A stretch of DNA of 64,000 nucleotides. Origin: the human T2T-CHM13v2.0 reference genome, Homo sapiens. The position numbers were made by a program, and so were the translations under genes. The stretch lies in NCBI RefSeq assembly GCF_009914755.1, contig NC_060926.1. One strand, 5' to 3'. Positions 1-14,100 of this stretch are shown piece after piece; the stretch's first letter is position 1, and the number at the start of each line of letters is the position of its first letter. The notes under the pieces are model-generated. The model worked only from the letters and a program-made list of their open reading frames with translations. It was not told the origin of the DNA and searched no databases.

Positions 1-159
1 TGTGGTGACCTGACTTAATCTAGAAGTAAATATAGAGATCTAAAAGAACAGATGCAGTGAATAACTTCCAAGACATTTTCCCTGGAGACGGGTTTTCTCA
101 GCTAAGTTTTGATGGGTGGGTGCCAATCACAACCAATGAGAAACCAGACACTTGTCAGC

Positions 160-335
160 CACTATATACATGATCTGAGATACTCACATCAACCCCAAAG
201 TTGGGAATTATTATTCATATTATGTTGATGAGGGAGCTGGGACTCTGAGAAGTGAAATAACTGGCCCCAGGCTACTATAGCTAGAAAGTAAGGTGATGGG
301 GATTTGAAGCCCAAGGCTTGGTTCCAAATTCATCT
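160..335 (-). mobile_element. MIR SINE (diverged)
   Basis: gatgagggagctgggactctgagaagtgaaataactggccccagg...gggatttgaagcccaagg resembles the reverse complement of the MIR core. Confidence 0.6.
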
Positions 336-2297
336 AATTTTTTTAATTACAAAAATTCTCACACATTCAGAAAGCTATAAAGATCAATGTAACAAACAAA
401 TGAATACTCACCACCCATGCTAACAGATGTTAGCATTTTCCTCTAATTGGTATACCAATATACCAATTTCCTCCTCTTGGTGCTTCTTTGGTGTCTAAGA
501 AATGGAAACAGGCTAATAAGGATGGGAAGATTGCTTTTTTTCCAACCACACCAGCAGAGAAATTTCCTGGCTGCTGTCTTTTATAAATCTCTAACTGCCT
601 TTGCCCAAAAATGGATTTGGTTGCATTATTTAAAACACATTGTGCTTTTTTTGTTGTTTTTTTCTTGGCTTACAGGCAGGCACAACTGGGGACTAAAACC
701 TAAATGCTGCCCTGGAGAAGAAAAGATTCAGCTGTTGGCTCATCAGCCAACTTCTGACAAGAGTGGGTGCCAGTGTCCCCATCTCTATCTCTAAAGATCC
801 CTTGAAATTCAAAACACAATGTGTGACTGGTCGATATTTTTTTCTTCAACTTGGCTGAACATGAATAAGACACATTGAGAGAATATTTATTTCAAAGGTA
901 CCACATTTTATGCAAGTAAATCTTTTCATATAAGTTCCATTGGGAAAATTTTTAATTTAAACAGTTAAAATGGGTTCAAGATCTCATACTCATGGGTATG
1001 TGTTGATTTAAAATATAATTTTCATCTTCTTCCACATCCATTCAGTATAAATTCTGGAAAGCCACAAAATGTAAGTTTCCTAAACCAAAGATGGCCTAAA
1101 TTTCAGAATAATAATTTAAAAATTTACTGTGATGAGGGGCTCATGATCTAGAGAAGAACAGTGGCAGACACTGAACAAATAAAAATATTATATATATATA
1201 TATGCATATATATACATACACAATATGTATGTGTGTAAATATAGATATTCATTCTCTTCAAATAATTGGTATAAAACTGGGCAAGGCTGCCTAGTTATGT
1301 GTTATTACATTTAAGTTAAAAAATGGTATATCTTTACTCTTATAACTTTCATTTGGACTATTATGTCTGAATCACCACATTTAAAAATTGTGATGGATAT
1401 AATGACCATTTGAGTTAGCAGTCCTGAGTTCTAAGTTTTACGCTATTGGTATCCAGATACTACCAAGAAATATCAACAACCCCAAAGAAGTCAATTTACT
1501 TGTCAATATTTTATTCATCCATCTAAATAAATATTTGAAGTCCTTTGCTCTCTTCAGCCAAACTTTAAAGATTCGCACCCAGTTCAAATTTTTAAAATAC
1601 TTCTTAAAGCTCTCCCACATTTTGCTTCTCTGACATTAAATAATTTTTGGACCCCTTTTTTATTCCCTGACAGCCAGTAAATGCTTATACTTTACACGTA
1701 GGAATGATATACAGTGGCAGTCAGACATAGACTGCCTGAGTTTAGTGAAGCAGAGACATAAAACAAATACATGGATCTTTTGAACCAAAAATTCACATTT
1801 TTTTGTGATTGTGTGTTTCCTGAAAGTGTCAATTTAGAATCATAAATATTGGCAATTAGATGATCATTAGTGATCTTACTGATCGATTTTCCTTCATTTT
1901 TAGAAATTTACACTAAAGCCGGAAAGTTGAAGTGCTTTGTCCGAAATCATAAGACATGTCCATGGGGATCAGCACTCAAAACAAATCCCTCGAATCTTCT
2001 CATCACTCCACGAAGCCTGTATTGGGTATCTAAATTTCTCAGGCAATATTTCTTTCCGTCTTTTTAAAAATTTTTCTATGTTGCCCTGTGTGTGGAGACA
2101 AAGCTTTGGCTCTGATGTAACCCAAATTGCAATGATTTTTTGGTAGCTGTTCAAAACAAATAAATATTCTTTACTAGTCAGGTTTATTCTTCTAGTTCTC
2201 ACAGAAGCAGCCATTGCCCTCTTCTCTTTCTTTGACCCAATAAAAAGATAGTCAAACCAGGCCAAATATTTTTAATACCATCCCCCTAAAAAATAGT

Positions 2298-2334
2298 ACA
2301 CACATACACACACACACGTGTGTGTGCACGCACA
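2298..2334. repeat. (CA)n/(TG)n microsatellite with an 18-bp perfect palindrome
   Basis: cacacacac|gtgtgtgtg at 2309-2326. Confidence 0.85.
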
Positions 2335-4017
2335 GAGGGGCAACAAAATCAAGTGTTGGAAAGCCATACAATAAAAGAGAGAAAAGGGAGCTTTCTGACA
2401 AGCCCAGTAAAAGTCATTTCATCACCAATTTCACACTCCTGAACTCTGGTTGATCTTGGTCTAACATCCTCCTGTTACCATTTCTTGGTGTCCCCGCTCC
2501 AACTGGACATTGGATACCGAGCATGAAAATGTCCATTAAGGACACCATGCCCGTAATCAAATACTAAGACAATATTATCTCAGAGTGTACAGAGGGTATC
2601 ATTTTCTTGCTCTTCTTAAGTATTCATAGCTAAATGATTTATGGGCACACAAATGGATATAATGTCCCATAATATATAACAGGACTAATATTTAATGTGT
2701 TTCTTTTTTACTTTGTTTGAATAAAATCCCCCAAAATACTTTTAGCAAATGATCATTAATTATGTGCATTGTCAAATGCTCTTGGGTTCTAATAAGCAGG
2801 ACTCAGAATTTACAGTCCCCAGCTTTCTGCTGGTGACCATAAATTCAAAGCGGGTGACGGCACTCAATGAAATACCCCCATCACCGGAACAGAAGCCTCA
2901 AATGGTTCACTTTTGGACATATCATGAATTTTTTTCCAATTTCTATAGCATGAGTTGAAAATATCCCTTTGAATGTTAGTCTGAGGAACCTCTCAGATTA
3001 TCTGAAGCTGTTTTTTTTTTTTTTTAATAGAACTCTATGACCCACAAGAGCCAAATCTGGCCTTCAGCCTGTGGGTTTTCTCAATTGCTTCTTTTGGATA
3101 GATGGACTACCTGGGACAGAGGTAAAAACCACAGTCGCTTCTTGAGGACTATTTGTCACCAAATATATTTTCCAAAAAATAAAAAAAAAAATTTTTAAGG
3201 AAAAATGTTTAAATAGAGTTGCAACTTCATAGTTAATTTACTTAATCTTCAATGTCTTTGCAAATCCATTATGCACTTGGGATGTCAGAGGGATCTACAA
3301 ATTACCAAGCTGTTTGAAGTTTGCTGCTTTCTGAAGTGGCTTTGGTCATTTATTTTCAGAGAAATGTTATTTCTTCAACTTACAAGGTATGTAATAGCAA
3401 GGTCTTTTGAGACAGCCGTCTGAATAGAAAATGATTATCCACGTTTCTAGAGAAATGTGACTTGTTTTTTATATGAAGTTCTCTACAGAGCATTTAGCAT
3501 TTTAAGAATATAAAAAGACCAAACTTCAATTTTCAAAGTCTGTAAGAAGTGTCTATGTAAAAGAGAGAAATGCAGAGAAAATAAAGGAAAGATGTGCTGC
3601 TTTGACCTGAGGTGAGACAGAAAGAATGCAGTGTAGTCAGTGTTGGATTCTTCTAGTCTGAAACTCTCCAAATACTTTAGATCAAAAAAGAGCAACGTAA
3701 GAAGATACTATCACCTCGTTATTTGGATACCAGACTTGAGATTGAAGAAATACTTGGCTCTTCAGATTATGTGAGAATTAATAATCAAGTATGGCAAACT
3801 AGATACTTGGGTAAGTGACAAAGTGTGCCAAGATATTTTTTTCACTTGAGAAAATCTGTCGTGTAAGGGTTTAAAGTATCCAGCTAAGAACAGAAACATG
3901 TATACACTACCCCACCTTTAATATGTTGGGAACTGTATAACAGAGTATTAGTGAATATTGCCACTAGAAATTTCATCTAAATGATATATTTCTAGTCAAA
4001 GTCTCCAACGAAAACTA

Positions 4018-4379
4018 TATATTGGTCTGTTTTCATGTTGCTGAAGAAGACATACCTGAGACTGGATAATTTACAAAGAAAAAGAGGTTTAATGGACTCA
4101 CAGTTCCACGTGGCTGGGGAGGCCTCACATCATGGCGGTAAGTGAAAGGCATGTCTTACATGGCGGCAGACAAGAGAGAATGAGAACCAAGCAAAAGGGG
4201 TTTCCCCTTATAAAACCATCAGCTCTCATGAGACTTATTCACAACAGTGAGAGCAGTATGGAAGAAACTGCCCCCATGATTCAATTATCTCCCTCCAGGT
4301 CCCCCCCAACAACATGTGGATATTATGGGAGCTACAATTCATAATAAGATTTGGGTGGGGACACAGTCAAACCATATAA
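4018..4379 (-). mobile_element. THE1B-like solo LTR (ERVL-MaLR)
   Basis: gactcacagttccacgtggctggggaggcctcac...gatttgggtggggacacag(t)caaaccata; 5-bp TSD AACTA at 4013-4017 and 4380-4384. Confidence 0.9.
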
Positions 4380-6721
4380 AACTAATAAAAAAAGCAACAA
4401 TACAATAAAAGGGAGAAAACACATGAAATGCAGCAATGAAAAAGGTGGGGAGAAAGGAACACTACCTGCCAAAAAGATTTGAAGAAAATGAATATGATAA
4501 AGAGTAAGATAAATCAATGTAAGACCCCCAAATCCAAATGCAACAATTTTCAGTTGGAGAAATTACACCCATGGGGTGCAGAACATGAGTTTCTTGATTC
4601 CCTGGCCAGTGTTGTCTCCCTTATGCAGGGCTAAGCCTTTGTAGTGCTTCATTGTACTGCAAACCACAAATAATCTTGCCCCTTATGTCAAGCCTGCAAA
4701 ACTTTGGCTAGGACCCAGCCCTCCAGCTTCTTTCCTGAATAACAGGCCTTTCCTGGTTCTGTCCAGGTATTGTTTTATCATGGGTATCAGCTTCACCCTA
4801 AAAGAAGAGATTCCTATCCCTGAAACAGTGGGAGCTCCTCTAATCCACAAGATACAGTTTACTCATATTTTCTTCAAAGACCCTCCCTAATGTGACAAAA
4901 GACTGCTCCTCCCATCCCCGGAAAGCAGCCTGCCCTGGTTTCCAAGACAGGCAAACCTGTTTCTTATAATAGGCAGGGCTATATTACCACGGCTTTCCCT
5001 CATCTTCAGCTCATCTGTTATCTGCTACTCCCTTTCTTTTTTCTTACTGGGGGCCAAAATAAGGAGTTTCCTAGTTCCTTGAAATCCTGTCTATTGTTCA
5101 GCCTTCTCTGTACACATTCAGGACAATTCTTGGGTATTTTAGGGAAGCTGCTTTTAGAGTCGTAGGTTAACCTTTGTTGCTGCTAATCTGCATTATTGTC
5201 TTAATATCTGACTTGGTTTTAGAAGGATCCTGTTAAAGTTATTTGGTACAGTAAGCCTTAAGGCAATGTCACCATTGTTATATATTTTAAAAAAGCATGT
5301 TGTTTCTGATCTCTTTGATGGGAGAAGTTATTTATTTGGGTTTGAGGTTGTGCTTTTGGAATGGGAAGAGGGGTTACGGGGGGTCAGGTGTCCCCATTAA
5401 GGAAGGAACTGTAACATTAAACAAGAGAACCAGAGCAGGATTTATTATTCTCTGAGAGATTCACCCTTCAGGAAGGAAATATTTGCTTCTCCTGGGCAGC
5501 GATTGGTTCATAATGTTCACAAATGAAACTAAGGCAGCGAAACAAGATTAAAACTAGGCCTCTCCAAATTTAGATATCCAAAGTAGTTATTTTTCTATTG
5601 ACTTGTATGTTAATAATCAAGAGGTGTGTTGAAGAAGAATGGGTTGGGGAGGGCATAAGTAACTTCCGGGAGGAAAAAAAACCCTAAAAGAAAGTAACTG
5701 TGAAGATAAGAAAGGAGATTTAAAATCAGGGTTTTATCTAGCTACCCAAGAAGCAGAGAGCCCCTTTTGGTGTAAGTTCTTCAAATAGCGCTATCTGTCC
5801 ACAAAGCTTGAAAATGTTAATTTGTTTAGAAGGATAAAATCAGAATGGTAATTCAACCCCTACCTTGTGCACCCCAAAAGTAGCAACTCACCAACGAAAG
5901 CATCCCAATATTTTGGCAAGCAGTCACATCTGGCAATTTCATTAACCCACAAGTTTTTCACCTGGAAATGGATCCAGATGGTTTAGGAAAATTTCTATTG
6001 GATCTGAAAGTATCTGGATCTTTTTGGCAAAGAGCTGTTTTTAGACTGATATCAGACCCTTTAGTTACATCTACACGAAAGGGTCTCGATTCTGTTTCTA
6101 CGTGATTTAGACCCAAAGGAAAGGCAAAGAGCTTTTGTAATGTGTGTGTTCCATTCCGATGGGTCTGGAGACTGTTGCTCTGCTGACTCCTGCAGACCAC
6201 CCATAAAAAGAAAAGGAAAATGGCCATCCCTAGACTTTAATGCAGAGCATAAACTTTTACTACTTTATTAGATACTATGCCCTCACAAAAATTGGCTATG
6301 TCCATTGAAATAAACTAAAAGAAACTTAGGTGAGTCAGAAAGACCCAACACAGAGAACTATTACACCTCACTTCTCACCTTTAGAACAGATTATATTTAC
6401 AACCCCAATCAATAAAATATACAACACTTTTAAAGTCCCCTAGAGGTGCAGATTCTATCATTATTATTGTCAGTCCCGTCTAGTTCTTATAAACCCTCAA
6501 TGAAAAGGATATTGTGTTTATTTGGGGTTATTAGGCATTAACAGCCCACCTTCCCCATACCGTGGTCTCTGGGATATCCAGGAAGCAATGGTAGTAGGTT
6601 GCTCACTCCCCACCTTTCCCAAGTTTCAGGGCTGTCTGTTCCTACACTCCAGGATACAGGGTGATACTAGCTGCCACTGGCTAAATCTGATCCCATTGCT
6701 CAACTATTTGTTCTGCCACTT

Positions 6722-6922
6722 TTGGTGGTTAAAGTTTAGCATTCAAATCAAACTCGCATTTACAAGCTGTGCAACTTGGGACAAACCATGTAATCATTCA
6801 GTTTCTTCATCTGGAAAATGGTGATTATAACAGTACATACTCAACAGATAGCTTTAAGATGCAAACAAGATTATTTATGTAAAGTGCTTACCATGGTAAG
6901 TACTCAAAAATTGTTAATTATT
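6722..6922 (+). mobile_element. MIR SINE
   Basis: agctgtgcaacttgggacaa...cagtttcttcatctggaaaatgg...tgtaaagtgctta...gtaagtactcaa. Confidence 0.75.
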
Positions 6923-7130
6923 CTAGTGTGTTCTTTAAAATGACCATCACTAATTCTTTCTTTATTCCTCCCTTTGCCGCCTAGTCCTCATACCTCTAAC
7001 TCAGACCTTTAGATCCTTGGCCATAAAACAGAGATTTCCCCATAAAATCCATTTCAGAGCAAATTACGCTATCTCAGAGCTAGGTTATGGTAAACTTGAC
7101 ATAGCCCTGAACTCAATCATTTAAGGTTAA

Positions 7131-7431
<301 letters not shown>

Positions 7432-7850
7432 TAGGGTTAACTTTTTACATTCCATATTCTCTTCTAGTTCTCAGAGCATCTCTATGATATGTAAAGAACC
7501 AATGTGATTATTCCCATATTACCAATGAGGCAACTGAGGCTCATAAAAAGTCAATAACTTATCAATAAGACCATACAAAAGATGTGGGGTCTTGCGTGCT
7601 GATTTGGATTTTATGTCTTTAAGCTTAAAGCTTCTTCCATCGCCTCACATTGGCTTGAAATCATATATGGAAATTCTTGTCCCCACACTAACTTGGAGTT
7701 CTGGCAAACATCAGAGAAGGAGGTCACAGAGGGCCAAGAGTGTGAGCAAGAGGTGGCTCTCACAGGTTGCAGAGGAGTTCTGGTGTCACTCAGTATATGC
7801 TGAAAGTTCCCTATTTCTTGGACTTTCCTCATTTGAGAAATACAACCCAA

Positions 7851-8003
7851 CAGCAGTCATTCCCAATTTCAAGCAGGCATAAGAATCATTTCATGAAATT
7901 TGATCAGTGGGTTAAGAACTAGGGCCCAGAGGTTTGATATTTAATTAACACCCTAGTAGATATTGATGTATGCGGTCCCATTTTCCCACTTGAACAGAGG
8001 CTG
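7851..8003. mobile_element. MER5-like hAT-Charlie MITE (diverged)
   Basis: cagcagtcattcccaattt...agaatca...ttaacaccctagtagatattgatg...cacttgaacagaggctg. Confidence 0.4.
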
Positions 8004-8099
8004 CTTGAGCCCTAGGACATTGGAATTCTCTATGCTTAGTTTCTCTTGGTAGTAACTACACTTTACTTCCCTTCTATCGATTCTGCACCTACTGAAGAT

Positions 8100-8300
8100 C
8101 CCTTTTCACATTAAATCTGCTGATTTTGTAATATGTATAGGCATAAACATCTGTATTATGTAGATCACTTTTCTGCAATATAGCAAGCCTGACAGTGTCA
8201 TAAAAGAAAATTAGGGCAGTCTGGCAGGATTTAAGCAGCCACCAGTTATTTCTTAAGGTGGTTAATCCAGATTCATTATCTGTAGGGAACATTGGATGGG
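8100..8300 (-). mobile_element. CR1/L3 LINE reverse-transcriptase relic
   Basis: ORF 8089-8292 contains KSCQTALIFFYDTV, resembling the CR1 RT segment KSCQTNLIxFYDxV. Confidence 0.55.
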
Positions 8301-8873
8301 TCCTAAAGTATTGCTATTTGTAATGGGGAGTTTTAGTTTATTATTTCTTAGATATATGGCTATAATAATATAGTACAGAAGATAGTAACAGACTTTGGTC
8401 ATTTACAGTATTATAGAATTAGAGGAAAATTTAATTCAGTTCACATTCAAAATCCTTCATGTTTCAAACTTGTCTGGTTACAGCCTTATCCATTGTGCCT
8501 ATCTTTGTGGACACGATTTTCACAAGCTTCCCTCTGAGCTCTTCAAACTGAACCATAAGCTGGGAAGTCTTCTAAGCAACCTGAAGTCAAATATAAAATA
8601 CAAGTCCCTGGAAGTCTGTGTGGATACCTATTGTGGGTGTTTGTATTTGTGTCTCTGTGCATTAATGTATTATAAAGCATTAAAATAATATTAAAATGCC
8701 ATCACAGAAATACCTGGGAAAGTTCTATTTGCTATGTGAAATCCAGATCAAATGTCTGTATTTCCTATATCCTATGAGGCTATTTCATATGTGAAATACA
8801 GAGCAAATGTCTACATAATATAGCACATGAAATACATATGTGTGATGTATACGTATGTATACACATATATGTA

Positions 8874-9049
8874 CAGTGGTATGCAGGTAAATGGTTAACT
8901 TGCTCTCTCTGGGGAAAGACGCTAGTTCATATGTTTGCCAATTTCCATGGTGTAAATACTCCTACCATGGCTAACTTAGAGCTACCAGCATGATGGAATG
9001 TGCACAATCCTTTCCTGAGCCAGCAGGAGTGGTCTCTATTATACCACTG
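8874..9049. mobile_element. MER63-like hAT-Blackjack MITE
   Basis: Terminal inverted repeats cagtggtat...ataccactg; internal ttgccaatttccatggtgtaaatactcctaccatggc. Confidence 0.75.
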
Positions 9050-10489
9050 TTATATACCTTTTCCATTTTCTCTTTGTCAAAAAGGAGGGTTTTTGACATA
9101 GAGGAGGATTTAACTAGCTGACTTTGAAGATGTTTTAACATTTAACATTGTGCTTTCTCTATTTACGTTTATACGCTATAATTAATTGTCATAGCTTGAG
9201 TAGGAAAGTAGGTGGTCCACGGTGCCTTTAATCCTCCTGAAACTACAAAGTTTATCAAAGTGGAGATTTAAAGGCCACTACACAAATGTAGGGTTTTGAA
9301 ATTCACTGCTTCTCCCAGGGTTTGTAATCCCATGGGATTGCAGAAATGGATTTTCAACTGGCCTATTTATTATTGCACTCACTTCTTCCTATCTGATCTG
9401 CATATTTTTATGTATTTTTTTCCTTCAAAATGATCTCCTTTGTTTCAGATGTTAAAATCAGAAATTTTATTCCATGCCCTACCAAAATGAAAAGGGGGAC
9501 AAAAGTTAATTGTATCTGAACTGAAGTGTAACTGTGGCCCTATTAAAGAGGTGTAGTTATGGGCTATTGATCGCAGCGCACAGGAAAACTTGTCATGTAA
9601 AGTCAAGAGGTTAATGTAATTACAAGAATGGGCAGCAGGATCAGCTGTAGCCCAGAAGTGGCGAATAACTAAAAGCTGCTTTAGAGACACATAATGTTGT
9701 CAAAGCATAAATAATTCATCCTAGCATTGGAGAAGAAATTACTCCTCTGTTCCAGCATATTATTCAGCCATTAAAATCTTGCCTTCTAAAGACTTTTGAT
9801 GTAGTCATATTTTCAGTTCTAAGTCATTCTGAGGCATGCCACCTTCATTAAGCCTTATGTTGTGTAGTTTTCAAAGTATTAGAGAGTATGTGGAATAGAT
9901 CCGCAATTTATTTAATAACCACAGTACATTTCAGATAAGAGGGAAGAAGCTGGGAGGATTTATGCTATTAATACATCCAGTAGCCAAGTAGGAACGAAGA
10001 TTAAGTAATGTGGGGTAGAATTCTTTATTCCTGAGCTAGGCCAATTTCCGTTCACTGCAGTTCCTTGCTGGCATCAACTCCTTGCTGACCCAATCCCTAA
10101 AACACTTCTCTAGTGCCAAAAAAGTAGAAGAGGCGTGAGAAGTACTGACAAGTCTCACTGCCCTTCTTGTAAGTATTCTCACGTGAACCGTTCACTAGCT
10201 CTGATAAAAAAAAATACTCTGACAATATGGTTTGGAATTGAATTTGCTTTTCTTTGGTTGACATTGTTTTTCCTTCCATTTGTGCTTTTAGTAACAAAGT
10301 TTTGCATATCTATGGCAAATTGATAGCTGCAGGCCCCACAGAATCAATAGCCCCCTGCTATCTCTATAGTGGTCAAAACTATCATTTAGACCATGTTGTC
10401 CACAGTATGTAAAAGGCAGTACATAAAACAACTAATATAAGCATGGATATAAACAAGAAATCCTATAACCAAGAGCAACTTTAGGGGAC

Positions 10490-10932
10490 AAACGTTGTTT
10501 CTCTGTTCACCTCCAAATTCATTTCCTGTCCTTTTCGATCCTAGCCTCTGCCCCAAAAAAGTGAGTCAGGAACCTTGACCATTGACTTTTCTGTGGGGGG
10601 TCAACTAGCTAGAGACACCAGCAGCTCACCTGAGAGCAGGAAGAACGAGGTGGGGGCATTTCTCCCCTGCTCCCTCTCTGCTGAGGTTCAGTTCTGGAGG
10701 TAGCTGTGGCCTCTGGAGCTTCTTTTAAAAGGCCTCCCTTCCATGGTCCCTGGTCTCCAAACACTTTTTCCATCCCTTGTTCTTGTAGACCTATGAGATT
10801 CTAGCACTACCACAGCCTGTTCGTACTTCTGCGGCTCTGATTGGCTCTTCATCAACAATTCTTTTATTGAAAGTCTCTGAAACTCTCAACTCAATGTGCT
10901 GTCCATGGTCTCCAAGAATCCTGACTGATACA
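10490..10932 (+). mobile_element. LTR33-like ERVL solo LTR (old)
   Basis: agagacaccagcag...gaggtgggggcatttctcccctgctccctctctgctg; ends ...cctgactgataca. Confidence 0.55.
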
Positions 10933-11131
10933 TACAGCTAGGCAAGCAACAGGTGGACGAACTCTCCTTAGCACATTCTCTAGAACAGATGCCTTGTCAT
11001 TAGTTTTTAAGTTGCTAAAACCATTGATCATGAAAGTTGCTAAGATCGTAATAAAAAATTTAAAACTTTCAAGAAAGTAAATAACAAAACAAATAATAAC
11101 AAAACATGACTCTGAAACCTCAATTCAATGA

Positions 11132-11403
<272 letters not shown>

Positions 11404-11929
11404 CGATGGTGCCCCTTTCACATACTAGGTCATATCACCAACCAATCGATTGTCCTCCAACCATTCCTAAGGGCCTCTGATATCAGTGCAGCATCCATCC
11501 TGCCCATGTTAGAACTGGGCTATCCTGTGGCTTAAATACCAAGAAACTCACTCTCCCCACCAAAGGAAACAACTGCATATTCCACTTCTGGTTGAGCCCC
11601 AACCCATTGTATATGTCAACTCATTATATATGAATCATTGTATACATTAAATATTGTATATTTCAATCATTCAAATGTTTTTTTCTGCTTTGGAACTAAA
11701 AGCTATGTACTTGTGGATTGTTCCGGGTTTAGGATTTGCAATAAAATGATGTAAACTTTGTATTAGGGAAGAAATAGAAAGTATTTATCCAAAATGACTG
11801 AGGCATTTCCCTTAACAGGGCTAATCAGCAAGGATATAACAGGCTGCACTTGGTCTTACATGCTGCCTAGGGACACTGCAGTTCTCTTTAAACTCTGCCA
11901 GGCTACTCTCCACAGTACTAGCAAGTATT

Positions 11930-12732
11930 TCCATGTAGTATCAGCACCTAGAAGTCATCCTTGATTTCCTTCTTTCCTTACCTCCATGCTCAGTCCACTT
12001 ACGTTTACATCATATCAATGTCAAAAATATATCCCAAATCTCTCATTTATCTCTATCATCATCAATACCTTGTATAATCTACAATGATCACTCACCTGAT
12101 TAATATTAATGGATAACCTTACTGCTTCCTTTTCACCTCCCTATAATCCCTTTGTACACAGAGCAGCTAGGCTGACGTTTCTAAAGCGTGGATTAGTTGA
12201 CCTCCCTGCCTCCCTCCTGTCAAAGCCTCCAATGTCTCCCTTGATCTGCAAGGGTCCCGAGGTAAACTTGCTGCTTCCCATTCTTGTCCCTTACCCTGAT
12301 TATACACTAGCTTCACTGACCTTTCTCAGCCTCAAATACAGCTTCTTCCCACCTCCTGGCTTTCTGGTTCTTGTGTCTGGAACAATCTGCCACCAATCTT
12401 TACTTGGCAGCCTCTGTCTTGCCATTCAAATCTCAACTCAAACACCACCCCCTCCAAGAGACCTTCCTGACCACACTCTTCAATGGCCCTCCCCTCCAGC
12501 TGGGCTCCATCACATCTTACTAAGCAGCTTTTTTTTCTAGTATTTATCACTCTCTGAAATCTGCCATTTATGTATTTGTTGGTTTTTTTGTTTCTACCTG
12601 TCTTCTTATTCCGAATGTGAACTCCGTGAGATCAGAAATCCTGTCTATACTGTTCATTTTTTCCTCTCCAGTCATCAGAATGGCACCAGCACACAGCACG
12701 ACTTCAGGCAGCCTTTGTTGAATTTGATTCAC
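11930..12732 (+). mobile_element. L2a LINE 3' portion
   Basis: cctagaagtcatccttgatt...cacagagcagctag...tgtgaactccgtgagatcag...ttgttgaatttgattca tail. Confidence 0.75.
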
Positions 12733-12896
12733 TAGTCTACTGCAATAGAATAGGGCAAAATGACATGGCCTCATGTGTATTACTTTCCACCAAATACTAT
12801 CAATTAGCTAGCTACCTTGTGCCCAAATTACTCTACCGCCTTCTAGTAGATATCAGCTAACCTTTAACCTGCTCTATTCAGTGTTAGAAAATGCTA

Positions 12897-13257
<361 letters not shown>

Positions 13258-13372
13258 AACTTTGGTTCTTAGATGCAATATTAACCCATTAGTCAGGTAA
13301 AGAACATGGAATATAAAAATATAGAAATGGGACAAAATGAAGAAGAGGTAAAGAGAACCAAAAGAAGACCCT

Positions 13373-13662
13373 GACTGGGTGTCTTGGCTCACACCTGTAA
13401 TCCCAGCACTTTGAGAAGCTGAGACAGGTGGATCACTTGAGGTCAGGAGTTCGAGACCAGCCGGGCCAACATGGTGAAACCCTGTCTCTATTAAAAATAC
13501 AAAAATTAGCCAGGCGTGATGATGGGTGCCTGTAATGCCAGCTACTCAGAGGCTGAGGCAGGAGAAGAGGCAGAGGTTGCAGTGAACTGAGATTGTGCCA
13601 CCGCACTCCAGCCATGGCAACAGAGGGAGACTCAGTCTCAAAATAAAAAACAAAAAAGAAGA
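13373..13662 (+). mobile_element. AluS with ~15-bp deletion in the right arm
   Basis: ggagaa^gaggcagaggttgc lacks tcgcttgaacccgg; TSD-like aagaagacc on both sides. Confidence 0.93.
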
Positions 13663-13899
13663 AGAAGACCTGAAATCCAAGTCCTTTCCAGGATAAGCAA
13701 ATGCTATTCACACTAGACTCCTGGAGAGGGCCAACACTCTTTTTGTCACTGGGGGAGAAAGAGTATTACCCCTCTCTTTCTGAAAACTTCAAAATCAAAA
13801 AGTTGCTGCATACGATTAGAGATTTTCTGATCTTGCTCTCAGTGCACAACAGACTTTAATATATTAGCCAATGTAGAAAATTCAAAGGAGCATGATCTC

Positions 13900-14100
13900 T
13901 GCATTGGAAATCCCTATGGCACTGTTCACTAGGCCTTGAACAAGTTATGTAATCTCATAAAGGCTATCTATTCTTATCTGAAGGTAATAAAGATGCTTAT
14001 ACTTGCCTACTGCTGTAAAGGCTGAGGCGAGTCTGATGAGCCACTGCCTGTGTAAGTCCTCTGTGACATGTTAATTGATACACAAATGCTCGCTATTACA
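13900..14100 (+). mobile_element. MIR SINE (diverged)
   Basis: ggccttgaacaagttatgtaatctc...ttcttatctgaagg...tgtaaaggctgagg. Confidence 0.5.

Noticed and set aside
1969-2265. 98-aa minus-strand ORF
   Set aside because: No recognisable domain, non-ATG start and no supporting exon structure.
6195-6203. Perfect GLI site GACCACCCA
   Set aside because: A single isolated 9-mer is plausible by chance in 64 kb.
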